A stretch of 8,114 bases of DNA from a virus. Its lineage: Duplodnaviria; Heunggongvirae; Uroviricota; Caudoviricetes. Each line of letters opens with the position of its first letter. Position 1 is the first letter of the stretch. The stretch lies in the IMG/VR virus record IMGVR_UViG_2548876863_000018; one strand, given 5' to 3'. The position numbers and the translations under genes were made by a program. Under the pieces are notes generated by a model that saw nothing but the letters and a program-made list of their open reading frames with translations, searched no databases and was not told where the DNA came from. Positions 1 through 6,955 of this stretch are shown one piece after another.

Positions 1-354
1 GTTATAGTGCCGCAGTTTAAGGATCGGTCAACCGATCCTTAACTGATCGGCATTGCACATCTGTGGGCTTTCATGTTACCAGGAGCCGCGGCTCCTTTGC
101 GTATCCTTTTATGTCTCCTCACCGTCTGGTCGGTGTTTTGCTGAGACTTCTAACTTCCTGTTTTTGTTGGTGTTGTCCTTACACCGTCCAATCATGATTG
201 GGCTGGCGGAGTTTGAATAAATATTGTATTGCTTTGATTTTTAATGATTTTGTTTAATTCATTTTTTGTGCGTATACCTAATCGTATACCAATGGCTGTA
301 AGTTAATGTGAAATGAAAACGCATTTTTACTTGGATTGATGCTATATCGTACAG

Positions 355-657
355 GAAAAAAATTTTTTTTCGAAAGAACTGTTCACACTGTTCACCTTTC
401 TGTTTTCTCCTTTTATTTCAGTTGGATAGGTGGTGAATAATGGGTGAAGGGTGAACATTCGATTCTTCACCTCCGGCATTCTGCCGGTGTGACTCATACC
501 GGTGATTAATCCCCCGTACTGAAAATCACACAGGGAGAAAAAAGTTTTTTTTGATTTGATTGTTCACACTGTTCACCTTTCGTTTTTCTCTTTTAATTTC
601 AGTGTGATAACGGGTGAATATACGGTGAAGGGTGAACAGTGGATTGTTCACCTTCGG
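355..657. repeat. crr: crr-like cis replication region: two direct repeats of about 120 bp (about 355-475 and 536-657), each carrying TGTTCACC-type octamer iterons in both orientations
   Basis: Seen in sequence: tgttcacactgttcacc at 380-396 and 561-577; ggtgaa(t/g/c) copies at 432-457 and 612-638; tgttcacc at 645-652. P4 crr is known to lie just downstream of alpha and to contain duplicated iteron blocks bound by alpha. Confidence 0.75.
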
Positions 658-670
658 GGAATTCAGGGAT

Positions 671-695
671 AAAAAAAGACCGGCAGATGCCGGTC
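671..695 (-). terminator. Rho-independent terminator downstream of alpha (hairpin gaccggc-agat-gccggtc followed by a T7 run on the minus strand)
   Basis: Perfect 7-bp stem at 678-684 / 689-695 with 4-nt loop; plus-strand A7 at 671-677 is a U-run on the minus transcript, about 17 nt after the alpha stop codon (712-714). Confidence 0.65.
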
Positions 696-711
696 AGATG
701 AGTCATGATGG

Positions 712-3045
712 TCAGGTTGTTGCAGGGTCGTCACATTTTGGCAGCCAGTCGCCGTAGCTTTCCTCTTTCAGCGTCAGGTTGGTCTGTATCCCCTGTTTGG
801 TATGGCGCTTCTCGTAATTCAGTCCGTATTCCTTCAGCATCACCGGCAGCCCCAGCCCGAACATTTTCAGACTGAGTACATTCCGGTAGCCGTTTGCCTC
901 CATGTAGGCCAGATAGGCGTGATAGAGGTATTTACGGTAATTACGCGGGATGATACTGGCGTTCCCCATATACATGCCGCTGGTCTGCGGCAGGGTTTCC
1001 AGATAGCCGATAAAATCAAACGTCGGGTCGGCATCCCGTTTGATGTTCAGTGCCTCGTCTGAGTTCTGCTGGGACTGAAGCAGTGACCGGGCGAGCATCG
1101 GGTCGCTGAATTTCTGCATCAGGTGACGCACGATGACCGCCAGCTCGCGGGTGATTTTGTCCTTAAGCTGCGGGTCGCGCTCCTGCGGGGTTATCTGTTC
1201 CGGGAAGTGAATAATCACCCGCCGGCGTGACACGCCGCCGCTGCGGTCGGTGAAGCGCATCGGGTTATTGTTCACGGCCAGAATCACCGCCGGGATATGC
1301 GTGGAGTACGCATCCCGGTATTTCGGGTCCACGGACACCGCATCGCCGCCGGTGATGGCCTTGAGTCCGGCACCGTCGCCGCTCCATTTTTCCTGGTCCG
1401 GCAGGCGTATCAGTGAGAAGCCAGTTAACGCGGCACGTTCACGCGGGGATTCCAGCGTCTCGATGGTGGCCGACGTGGCGTTATCCTCCCCGGCCAGCAG
1501 GGTGGCTATTTCGGCCATGATACTTTTGCCGCTGCCGCCGGGACCGGTCACCTCCAGAAAGAGCTGCCAGTCGTAGCGGTTCGCCAGCACCATAAACAGT
1601 GCGGCCAGAATCACGTCGCGTTTTTCCGCACGGCCACCGGCGGCACGGTCAAGCCAGCGCCAGAACGCGGGGGCGTGGGTCTCCAGCGTTTCACCGTCCA
1701 CCGGCGGGGTGAAATCCACATCGCACAGGGTGCGCATCCAGTGTGACGGACTGTGCGGGTGGAACGTGCCGTTCTGCGTGTCGAGCACGCCGTTACGAAA
1801 GCCAATCAGGCGGCGGGAGGGGGCTTCCTGCTGCGGAATAATCAGCTTCAGGGTGTCCACCACGGAGGCCACCTTCCCGGAGGAGAACGGCGCGCGCAGA
1901 CGCTGAAACAGCCCGGCCACATCCCGGGCAAAGTCCTGTGGCGGCAGCACCTTCCAGACACCATTTTCATAGCGGGACAGAAGCTGGCCGTTGGCATCGA
2001 CCGCGAGCGCCTCGCCGTAATGCTCATAGATACGCATGGCCTTTTCGCTGGTACTCATGGCGGAAAACTCCGCTTCGCTCATGGTGTCGAACGGGCTTTC
2101 AGCCGGTGGCCGGATGGCATCGTAAATGGCCTTACGGGTGGCCTCCCCGCCGTACTGCGTGAAGGCATCATTCCAGTCACCGAAGACCGGCGGCAGGGCA
2201 ACAACGCCCTCACACGCATCTGCGGCTGCGGCGGCTTTTGTCTGGCCGTCACCGCTGAGGTCACGGTCTGCGGCAAGGACAATCTGACAGGCCGGATACT
2301 TCTGCCGGGCAAGGCTGGCCAGAGAAAGGAGGTTCACGGAAGAAAGCGCCACCATCACCGTTTCACCGGTCAGGTGATGCACGGTAAGTGCGGTCGCGTA
2401 TCCCTCCGCTATCCACAGACGTTTTCCGGCCTGATTCTGTCCTTCAAAGGTGTGACAGGTGCCCCTGACCTGTCCGCCTTTCAGAGTGCGCTTACGGCCG
2501 TCAGCACTGATTAACTGAAGGTTAACCAGTTCGCCGCTGTCGTCATACAGTGGCACCACAAGGTCACCGGCGCGCCAGCTCACGCCACCGGCTCTGTGTG
2601 TGCCGGTCAGCATCCGGCATTCCCGGCCGGGAAAGCCCTTGCGGGTCAGGTAGGCGTTACCGGTTCCGGGACAGGTTTTCGCCATCAGGGTTTGTGCCAG
2701 TGCGGCGGCGTTCTTCCGGGCAGCGTCTGTTTCAGCACCAGCGGCAGCCCTCACTGCCGGGTCAGCCGGTGGCAGACTGCCGGTCACGGCAGCCACCTTT
2801 GCGGCCGCGTCGGACGGGGAAACACCAAACACCTTTTCAACCAGTTTCAGACCGTCACCGGCACCACACTGATTGCAGTACCAGGTGCCGCGCCCCTCCT
2901 TGTCATCAAAACGGAAGCGGTCACTCCCGCCACAGACCGGACAGGGCTGATGACGGTTTTTCAGCACCTGAATCCCCAGCGCCGGGAGAATACGCGGCCA
3001 GTGGCCGAGCGCATGGCTGACGGTGGCGGTTACGTTCATTTTCAT
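712..3045 (-). CDS. alpha: P4 alpha-type bifunctional primase / SF3 helicase / origin-binding replication protein (777 aa)
   Basis: 777-aa ORF, the length I recall for P4 alpha; N-terminal zinc-ribbon CPVCGGSDRF...YCNQCG; Walker A GPGGSGKS in the central helicase part; AAGGAGA Shine-Dalgarno 8 nt before the ATG; flanked by TGTTCACC iteron clusters (ori upstream, crr downstream). Confidence 0.95.
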   Translation of the reverse strand: MKMNVTATVSHALGHWPRILPALGIQVLKNRHQPCPVCGGSDRFRFDDKEGRGTWYCNQCGAGDGLKLVEKVFGVSPSDAAAKVAAVTGSLPPADPAVRAAAGAETDAARKNAAALAQTLMAKTCPGTGNAYLTRKGFPGRECRMLTGTHRAGGVSWRAGDLVVPLYDDSGELVNLQLISADGRKRTLKGGQVRGTCHTFEGQNQAGKRLWIAEGYATALTVHHLTGETVMVALSSVNLLSLASLARQKYPACQIVLAADRDLSGDGQTKAAAAADACEGVVALPPVFGDWNDAFTQYGGEATRKAIYDAIRPPAESPFDTMSEAEFSAMSTSEKAMRIYEHYGEALAVDANGQLLSRYENGVWKVLPPQDFARDVAGLFQRLRAPFSSGKVASVVDTLKLIIPQQEAPSRRLIGFRNGVLDTQNGTFHPHSPSHWMRTLCDVDFTPPVDGETLETHAPAFWRWLDRAAGGRAEKRDVILAALFMVLANRYDWQLFLEVTGPGGSGKSIMAEIATLLAGEDNATSATIETLESPRERAALTGFSLIRLPDQEKWSGDGAGLKAITGGDAVSVDPKYRDAYSTHIPAVILAVNNNPMRFTDRSGGVSRRRVIIHFPEQITPQERDPQLKDKITRELAVIVRHLMQKFSDPMLARSLLQSQQNSDEALNIKRDADPTFDFIGYLETLPQTSGMYMGNASIIPRNYRKYLYHAYLAYMEANGYRNVLSLKMFGLGLPVMLKEYGLNYEKRHTKQGIQTNLTLKEESYGDWLPKCDDPATT

Positions 3046-3059
3046 GGTGTTGTTCTCCT

Positions 3060-3380
3060 TCAGTGCAGTACCGGCGCTTTTATGTGACGGGCACAGAGTT
3101 CATCCATCACAACCAGCCCGAGAAAGGACAGCGACGGCGCGGCCTTCAGGGGGCCGGATTCCATTAAATCTTCCAGCAGGGCACAGGCTATCTGACGCCC
3201 TTTTTCCTCACCGTGCTGGCGCAGATAAAAGCCTTCCAGCTCAGCGGCGATGGCCGCCTCCAGTGATTCAAGGGTGAGATGCGGGTAGCGGTGCTGACGT
3301 TCGCACACGGTCAGCCAGGCACAGGCGACAGCACGACGGTAAAGGGCTGCGCGTAAGACGGGCGGTAAGGGTGTTTTCAT
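3060..3380 (-). CDS. Small left-operon protein, P4 orf106-like (106 aa), function unknown
   Basis: 106-aa ORF directly upstream of alpha with a 14-nt gap that contains the alpha RBS; GGGAGG SD before its own ATG; position and size match the P4 orf106 I recall. Confidence 0.7.
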
Positions 3381-3515
3381 TTGCTTTCCTCCCTGTGACA
3401 GATGACTGCATTCCGTGCCGGTTGCATTAACTGATAAGGCATATCTGCGTCTCCTGAAGACGTGCGTATCCCTGCGCGAATACGCACATTTAATTTTTCG
3501 GGTGTCGTTTTTTAA

Positions 3516-3971
3516 TTACAGATAATTGCGGTAACTGTTATCCGGTGTGATTTCCGGGTCAGGCTCCGTGCGGGGGATTTCCCGCCATTCCCGCGCCACC
3601 GGTGCCGCCCGGCTGACCGGAACAGTGTCCTGCGGGTAAATATCCAGATATTTCTCCCGCCATTTCTGTAATTCCGGGTCTCCGGCCATTTCTTTCAGTA
3701 CCGCATGCCGGTTTACGGGGCTGCGTCTGAACAGGTCAGGACAGTCACAGGTAAATTCCCGCAGAAAACGCCCCAGCGGGATGTCTGTGGTGCGCCCGTC
3801 ACCAAGGATACGCACAAGGATACTGAATTTACGGCGGTACGGGTTCCAGACAATTTCCGGGCAGCGGTACGGCATTTCCCACGGAATACCGTCTTCCAGA
3901 ATGCCGACCACGGCCACATCGGGAAAACCGGCAGAACGGTAAATCTCACCGGGCTGGGGAAAATCAAACAT
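3516..3971 (-). CDS. Left-operon protein, P4 orf151-like (151 aa), function unknown
   Basis: 151-aa ORF whose ATG (3971-3969) overlaps the stop of the upstream ORF (ATGTTTGA, out of frame), implying translational coupling; size matches P4 orf151. Confidence 0.7.
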   Translation of the reverse strand: MFDFPQPGEIYRSAGFPDVAVVGILEDGIPWEMPYRCPEIVWNPYRRKFSILVRILGDGRTTDIPLGRFLREFTCDCPDLFRRSPVNRHAVLKEMAGDPELQKWREKYLDIYPQDTVPVSRAAPVAREWREIPRTEPDPEITPDNSYRNYL

Positions 3972-4251
3972 GCGTCCTGTCTCCCCGGTCTTTCTGCTGG
4001 GCGAGAAAATCGCGGCACAGGCCTTTGGCTTTCAGCTCATTCAGCACAAAATCAATATCTTCATTCAGGTAGCTGAAAATATGCGGAATGTAGAGCTGAT
4101 GCAGGCCGGAGAGTTCACGGTGAATCAAATCACCCCCAACAAACTGGGATACGGCGCTGGCGCGGTTGAGCTTATGGTAAGCCTCAATGCTGAGGTGTTC
4201 ACGGGCGTCATGACGCGCTGAGACGGTCTGAGGGGCTTTTTTATTACGCAC
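3964..4251 (-). CDS. epsilon: Epsilon-like small protein (95 aa, GTG start); candidate P2-repressor antagonist (derepression protein)
   Basis: GTG at 4251-4249 preceded by GGAGG with a 6-nt spacer; the GTG overlaps the kil/eta TAA stop (GTGCGTAA). The track's longer 147-aa version starts at a TTG and has a low-complexity N-terminus. Assignment to epsilon is by position and size only. Confidence 0.5.
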   Translation of the reverse strand: MRNKKAPQTVSARHDAREHLSIEAYHKLNRASAVSQFVGGDLIHRELSGLHQLYIPHIFSYLNEDIDFVLNELKAKGLCRDFLAQQKDRGDRTHV

Positions 4252-4441
4252 GGGACACCTCCACCACCGGCAGACGGGCAGCAAGGGAGAGCACATAGTC
4301 ACGGACAAGGGAACGGCGGGCGCTGCGTTCATCACCGGCGACGGTGCGAAGCATGCAGATACGGGGATGACGGTCTGCGCGACGGACAGCCGCAAACACA
4401 AAGACAAATTCAGGGTGTGAGGGGGTAAGGGTTGTAGCCAT
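4244..4441 (-). CDS. kil: Kil-like 65-aa polypeptide, first translated gene downstream of the PLE-like promoter; nested in-frame within eta
   Basis: ATG at 4441-4439 with strong AAGGAGA SD (plus 4449-4455) 7 nt upstream; 65 codons; about 318 nt downstream of the predicted PLE start site; the SD overlaps the seqC-like element. Matches my recollection of P4 kil (65 aa, nested in eta). Confidence 0.55.
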   Translation of the reverse strand: MATTLTPSHPEFVFVFAAVRRADRHPRICMLRTVAGDERSARRSLVRDYVLSLAARLPVVEVSRA

Positions 4442-4834
4442 AAGGCAGTCTCCTTCGAGTAGCAAATAACTGCTATCGCCGGAGTTCCTACGCTCGATGG
4501 CGATAGCCCAGACGGGGGTAGGAATACCGGCCTCGAAGAATACCGGCCAGCCCGGAGGCTGCCCCGCCTGAGCTACCATTGACTCAGTGGCATAACATGC
4601 GATTGCGAACAGGATCATACCTGCACGGCAAACCACACGCCACACCATAATCTGGCGCTCTGTGGCGTTGATTGCGACACAAAAAAAGACGCATGGCGCG
4701 TCATATGTCGCCTTCGAGTTACACGGGTTCCTACGCCCGGCTGCCGATTTTGCGACAGCGGAAAAACTATATCCGCAAATGCCGGAAAAAGGCAAGCCAG
4801 AAAAAGGGACTTTTTGCAGAGCGGGCATCATCAT
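4244..4834 (-). CDS. eta: Eta-like long ORF (196 aa) whose C-terminal 65 codons are kil; would be translated only from PLL read-through transcripts
   Basis: ATG at 4834-4832 overlaps the vis stop (ATGA); the ORF runs across the PLE promoter, seqA, the cI region and seqC. Composition is odd for a globular protein, so the N-terminal part may be an overprinted or regulatory reading frame. Confidence 0.4.
   Translation of the reverse strand: MMMPALQKVPFSGLPFSGICGYSFSAVAKSAAGRRNPCNSKATYDAPCVFFCVAINATERQIMVWRVVCRAGMILFAIACYATESMVAQAGQPPGWPVFFEAGIPTPVWAIAIERRNSGDSSYLLLEGDCLMATTLTPSHPEFVFVFAAVRRADRHPRICMLRTVAGDERSARRSLVRDYVLSLAARLPVVEVSRA
4452..4493 (-). promoter_or_regulatory. seqC-like antisense target (cttcgag ... 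gttcctac) overlapping the kil ribosome-binding site
   Basis: ccttcgagt at 4452-4460 and gttcctacgc at 4484-4493; both are reverse complements of the seqB-like motifs at 4517-4538. Confidence 0.45.
4500..4575 (-). ncRNA. cI: cI-like immunity RNA region containing the seqB-like element; boundaries approximate
   Basis: ggtaggaa (4517-4524) and ctcgaag (4532-4538) are complementary to both flanking elements; tandem gaataccggcc repeats and GC-rich palindromic segments suggest a structured RNA. Location between PLE and kil matches the P4 immunity leader. Exact ends cannot be set from sequence. Confidence 0.4.
4711..4736 (-). promoter_or_regulatory. seqA-like antisense target in the PLE leader
   Basis: ccttcgagt at 4711-4719 and gttcctacgc at 4727-4736, about 20-50 nt downstream of the predicted PLE start; complementary to the seqB-like motifs. 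Confidence 0.45.
4766..4795 (-). promoter_or_regulatory. PLE-like sigma70 promoter (minus strand -35 TTGCCT, 18-bp spacer, -10 TATAGT)
   Basis: Plus-strand aggcaa at 4790-4795 and actata at 4766-4771 read on the minus strand as TTGCCT and TATAGT; predicted start near 4759, just upstream of the seqA-like element. Confidence 0.4.
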
Positions 4835-5097
4835 GCGTCATACCCCCGTTTGCGTCCGGCAATGCGGCCGGCCATCCATGCGGTGACTTCAGAGTGCAGC
4901 CAGGCCACATTTTTACCGCCAAGACTCACCTGCGGCGGAAATTCCCCCTTACGGATGAGTTCATAGATGGTCGAGCGTGACAGGCCGCACAGGTGCATCA
5001 CTTCCGGCAGACGTAAAAAACGCTCCTGCGTGATGTCCGGCAGCGGCATCAGTGGCGTCACAGGGGCGGGAGACGGGGAAGAAAAAACAGCTTGCAT
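4831..5097 (-). CDS. vis: Vis / AlpA-family helix-turn-helix DNA-binding protein (88 aa), late-promoter regulator and excision factor
   Basis: 88-aa ORF with AlpA-type HTH signature ([27 protein letters not shown]); GAGG SD; first gene downstream of the PLL-like dyad; size matches P4 orf88/vis. Confidence 0.8.
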   Translation of the reverse strand: MQAVFSSPSPAPVTPLMPLPDITQERFLRLPEVMHLCGLSRSTIYELIRKGEFPPQVSLGGKNVAWLHSEVTAWMAGRIAGRKRGYDA

Positions 5098-5200
5098 CGG
5101 GCTACCTCGTTAATGTCCATACAGCACCGGATAAGTCCGTCCGGCTTCGGGTAGCGCTTTATTTTGTGAATATTTTCAGCAGACGCAACAGGGGGGGATT

Positions 5201-5218
5201 TGTTCCGGCAGCCTTACA
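5201..5218 (-). promoter_or_regulatory. Ogr/Delta-type activator site TGT-N12-ACA of a PLL-like late promoter driving vis and the left operon
   Basis: tgt-tccggcagcctt-aca, an exact TGT-N12-ACA dyad about 110 bp upstream of the vis ATG (5097), consistent with a -55-centred activator site. Confidence 0.45.
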
Positions 5219-5377
5219 ATGCTTGTGTGTTTTTTGTTCATCTCCACTTAAAGTCATTTAAAGCCACTTAAAGCAATTCGTAATTTTTATAGTGAAATAC
5301 AAATCGTTTTTTCTTATTCATTTCCGGCAAATTAATAAAAACAAACAGTAGTAAACAGCACAAAAAGCCCATCAACG

Positions 5378-5481
5378 GGTGAACAGTGGTGAACAGACGG
5401 TGAACAGTCATTACTGCGATTGTTCACCCTTTAACTTACTGTATTACTTATCTTTTTTCTTATGATGAACAGAGGTGAACA
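5378..5481. repeat. ori: ori-like iteron cluster (GGTGAACA / TGTTCACC octamers)
   Basis: ggtgaaca at 5378-5385, 5388-5395, 5399-5406 (about 10-bp phasing), tgttcacc at 5421-5428, gatgaaca at 5463-5470, ggtgaaca at 5474-5481; about 4.8 kb from crr and between divergent late promoters. Confidence 0.7.
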
Positions 5482-5560
5482 GTAAAATATAAAAAAACAA
5501 ACAGTAAGCCGGTTTTTCCTGCGACCTTTTCCTGGCTTGCCGGTCTGAGGATGAGTCTCC

Positions 5561-5578
5561 TGTGTCAGGGCTGGCACA
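5561..5578 (+). promoter_or_regulatory. Ogr/Delta-type activator site TGT-N12-ACA of a Psid-like late promoter
   Basis: tgt-gtcagggctggc-aca at 5561-5578, about 80 bp upstream of the sid ATG at 5651. Confidence 0.5.
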
Positions 5579-5650
5579 TCTGCAATGCGTCGTGTTGTTG
5601 TCCGGTGTACGTCACAATTTTCTTAACCTGAAGTGACGAGGAGCCGGAAA

Positions 5651-6385
5651 ATGTCTGACAACACCATCCCTGAATATCTGCAACCCGCACTGGCACAACT
5701 GGAAAAGGCCAGAGCCGCCCACCTTGAGAACGCCCGCCTGATGGATGAGACCGTCACGGCCATTGAACGGGCAGAGCAGGAAAAAAATGCGCTGGCGCAG
5801 GCCGACGGAAACGACGCTGACGACTGGCGCACGGCCTTTCGTGCAGCCGGTGGTGTCCTGAGCGACGAGCTGAAACAGCGCCACATTGAGCGCGTGGCAC
5901 GCCGGGAGCTGGTACAGGAATATGACAATCTGGCCGTGGTGCTGAATTTCGAACGTGAACGCCTGAAAGGGGCGTGTGACAGCACGGCCACCGCCTACCG
6001 GAAGGCACATCATCACCTTCTGAGTCTGTATGCAGAGCATGAGCTGGAACACGCCCTGAATGAAACCTGTGAGGCGCTTGTCCGGGCAATGCATCTGAGT
6101 ATCCTGGTACAGGAAAATCCGCTCGCCAACACCACCGGCCATCAGGGCTACGTCGCACCCGATAAAGCTGTCATGCAGCAGGTGAAATCATCGCTGGAAC
6201 AGAAAATTAAACAGATGCAAATCAGCCTCACCGGCGAGCCGGTTCTCCGGCTGACCGGACTGTCAGCGGCAACACTCCCGCACATGGATTATGAGGTGGC
6301 AGGCACACCGGCACAGCGCAAGGTGTGGCAGGACAAAATAGACCAGCAGGGTGCAGAGCTTAAGGCCAGAGGACTGCTGTCATGA
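5651..6385 (+). CDS. sid: Sid capsid size-determination external scaffold protein (244 aa)
   Basis: Begins MSDNTIPEYLQ from the ATG at 5651 with GAGGAG SD 7 nt upstream (the track's 250-aa version begins at an upstream GTG, 5633); coiled-coil-like sequence; followed by delta and psu in the canonical order. Confidence 0.9.
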   Translation: MSDNTIPEYLQPALAQLEKARAAHLENARLMDETVTAIERAEQEKNALAQADGNDADDWRTAFRAAGGVLSDELKQRHIERVARRELVQEYDNLAVVLNFERERLKGACDSTATAYRKAHHHLLSLYAEHELEHALNETCEALVRAMHLSILVQENPLANTTGHQGYVAPDKAVMQQVKSSLEQKIKQMQISLTGEPVLRLTGLSAATLPHMDYEVAGTPAQRKVWQDKIDQQGAELKARGLLS

Positions 6386-6882
6386 TTTACTGCCCGTCGT
6401 GTGGACATGTTGCTCACACCCGCCGCGCACATTTCATGGACGATGGCACCAAGATAATGATTGCACAGTGCCGGAATATTTATTGCTCTGCGACATTTGA
6501 AGCGAGTGAAAGCTTTTTCTCTGACAGTAAAGATTCAGGAATGGAATACATTTCAGGCAAACAGAGATACCGCGATTCACTGACTTCTGCCTCCGGCAGT
6601 ATGAAACGCCCGAAAAGAATGCTTGTTACCGGATATTGTTGTCGGAGATGTAAAGGCCTTGCACTGTCAAGAACATCGCGGCGTCTGTCTCAGGAAGTCA
6701 CCGAACGTTTTTATGTGTGCACGGATCCGGGCTGTGGTCTGGTGTTTAAAACGCTTCAGACCATCAACCGCTTCATTGTCCGCCCGGTCACACCGGACGA
6801 ACTGGCAGAACGCCTGCATGAAAAACAGGAACTGCCGCCAGTACGGTTAAAAACACAATCATATTCGCTGCGTCTGGAATGA
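6382..6882 (+). CDS. delta: Delta late transcriptional activator, tandem Ogr-type zinc-finger protein (166 aa)
   Basis: Two Ogr-like cysteine motifs (CPSCGH...CRNIYC and CRRCKG...CTDPGC); ATG overlaps the sid stop (ATGA); 166 aa as recalled for P4 delta. Confidence 0.9.
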   Translation: MIYCPSCGHVAHTRRAHFMDDGTKIMIAQCRNIYCSATFEASESFFSDSKDSGMEYISGKQRYRDSLTSASGSMKRPKRMLVTGYCCRRCKGLALSRTSRRLSQEVTERFYVCTDPGCGLVFKTLQTINRFIVRPVTPDELAERLHEKQELPPVRLKTQSYSLRLE

Positions 6883-6955
6883 GGGCTGCCGGTTAACCCC
6901 GGCCGTCGCCGCACACCGTATTTTTATTCTTCAGCATGATGAGAAAGAGATAACG

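Noticed and set aside
1-340. Search for a tRNA gene or int coding sequence at the left edge
   Set aside because: No open frame enters from the window start in any plus frame (stops within the first 45 nt), no long minus-strand frame, and no tRNA-like T-arm or acceptor motif recognised by eye. int and att presumably lie outside the window.
355-657. Possible CRISPR array suggested by repeated short motifs
   Set aside because: The repeats are 8-bp iterons in both orientations within two long direct repeats, not regularly spaced 28-37-bp repeats with unique spacers, and there are no cas genes. This is the replication cis element.
1250-3087. Multiple plus-strand ORFs (for example 1753-2514 at 253 aa, 2550-3020, 2596-3087, 1938-2162, 1250-1576) lying antisense to alpha
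   Set aside because: They sit entirely within the strongly supported 777-aa alpha gene on the opposite strand in GC-rich DNA, where long antisense open frames arise by chance. Translations are Arg/Gly/Pro-rich and low-complexity, with no RBS context.
3964-4407. Longer 147-aa version of the epsilon-like ORF from the six-frame track
   Set aside because: Its first codon is TTG, not ATG; the N-terminal 52 residues are Cys/Pro/Val-rich and overlap the kil coding frame. A GTG with a good GGAGG SD at 4251 gives a 95-aa product consistent with a small epsilon-like protein. An internal ATG at 4296 has no SD.
4615-4704. 29-aa minus-strand ORF ([29 protein letters not shown]) starting just downstream of the seqA-like element
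   Set aside because: Weak SD, tiny size, and it lies in a different frame inside the eta ORF. It could be a leader peptide but there is no independent support.
4662-4980. Plus-strand ORFs of 74 and 102 aa antisense to vis and the eta/PLE region
   Set aside because: Opposite to the direction of every recognised promoter in this region; no SD; likely chance frames.
5633-5650. Upstream GTG extension of sid giving a 250-aa product
   Set aside because: The GAGGAG Shine-Dalgarno lies inside the extension, 7 nt before the ATG at 5651, so the ATG is the more likely start.
5612-6158. Minus-strand ORFs of 176, 134 and 122 aa antisense to sid
   Set aside because: They overlap the well-supported sid gene. 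Translations are compositionally biased (Arg/Ser/Ala-rich) and fall where the late promoter drives rightward transcription.
6623-6850. 75-aa plus-strand ORF in an alternative frame inside delta
   Set aside because: Fully embedded in the well-supported delta gene on the same strand in another frame; no RBS; likely spurious.
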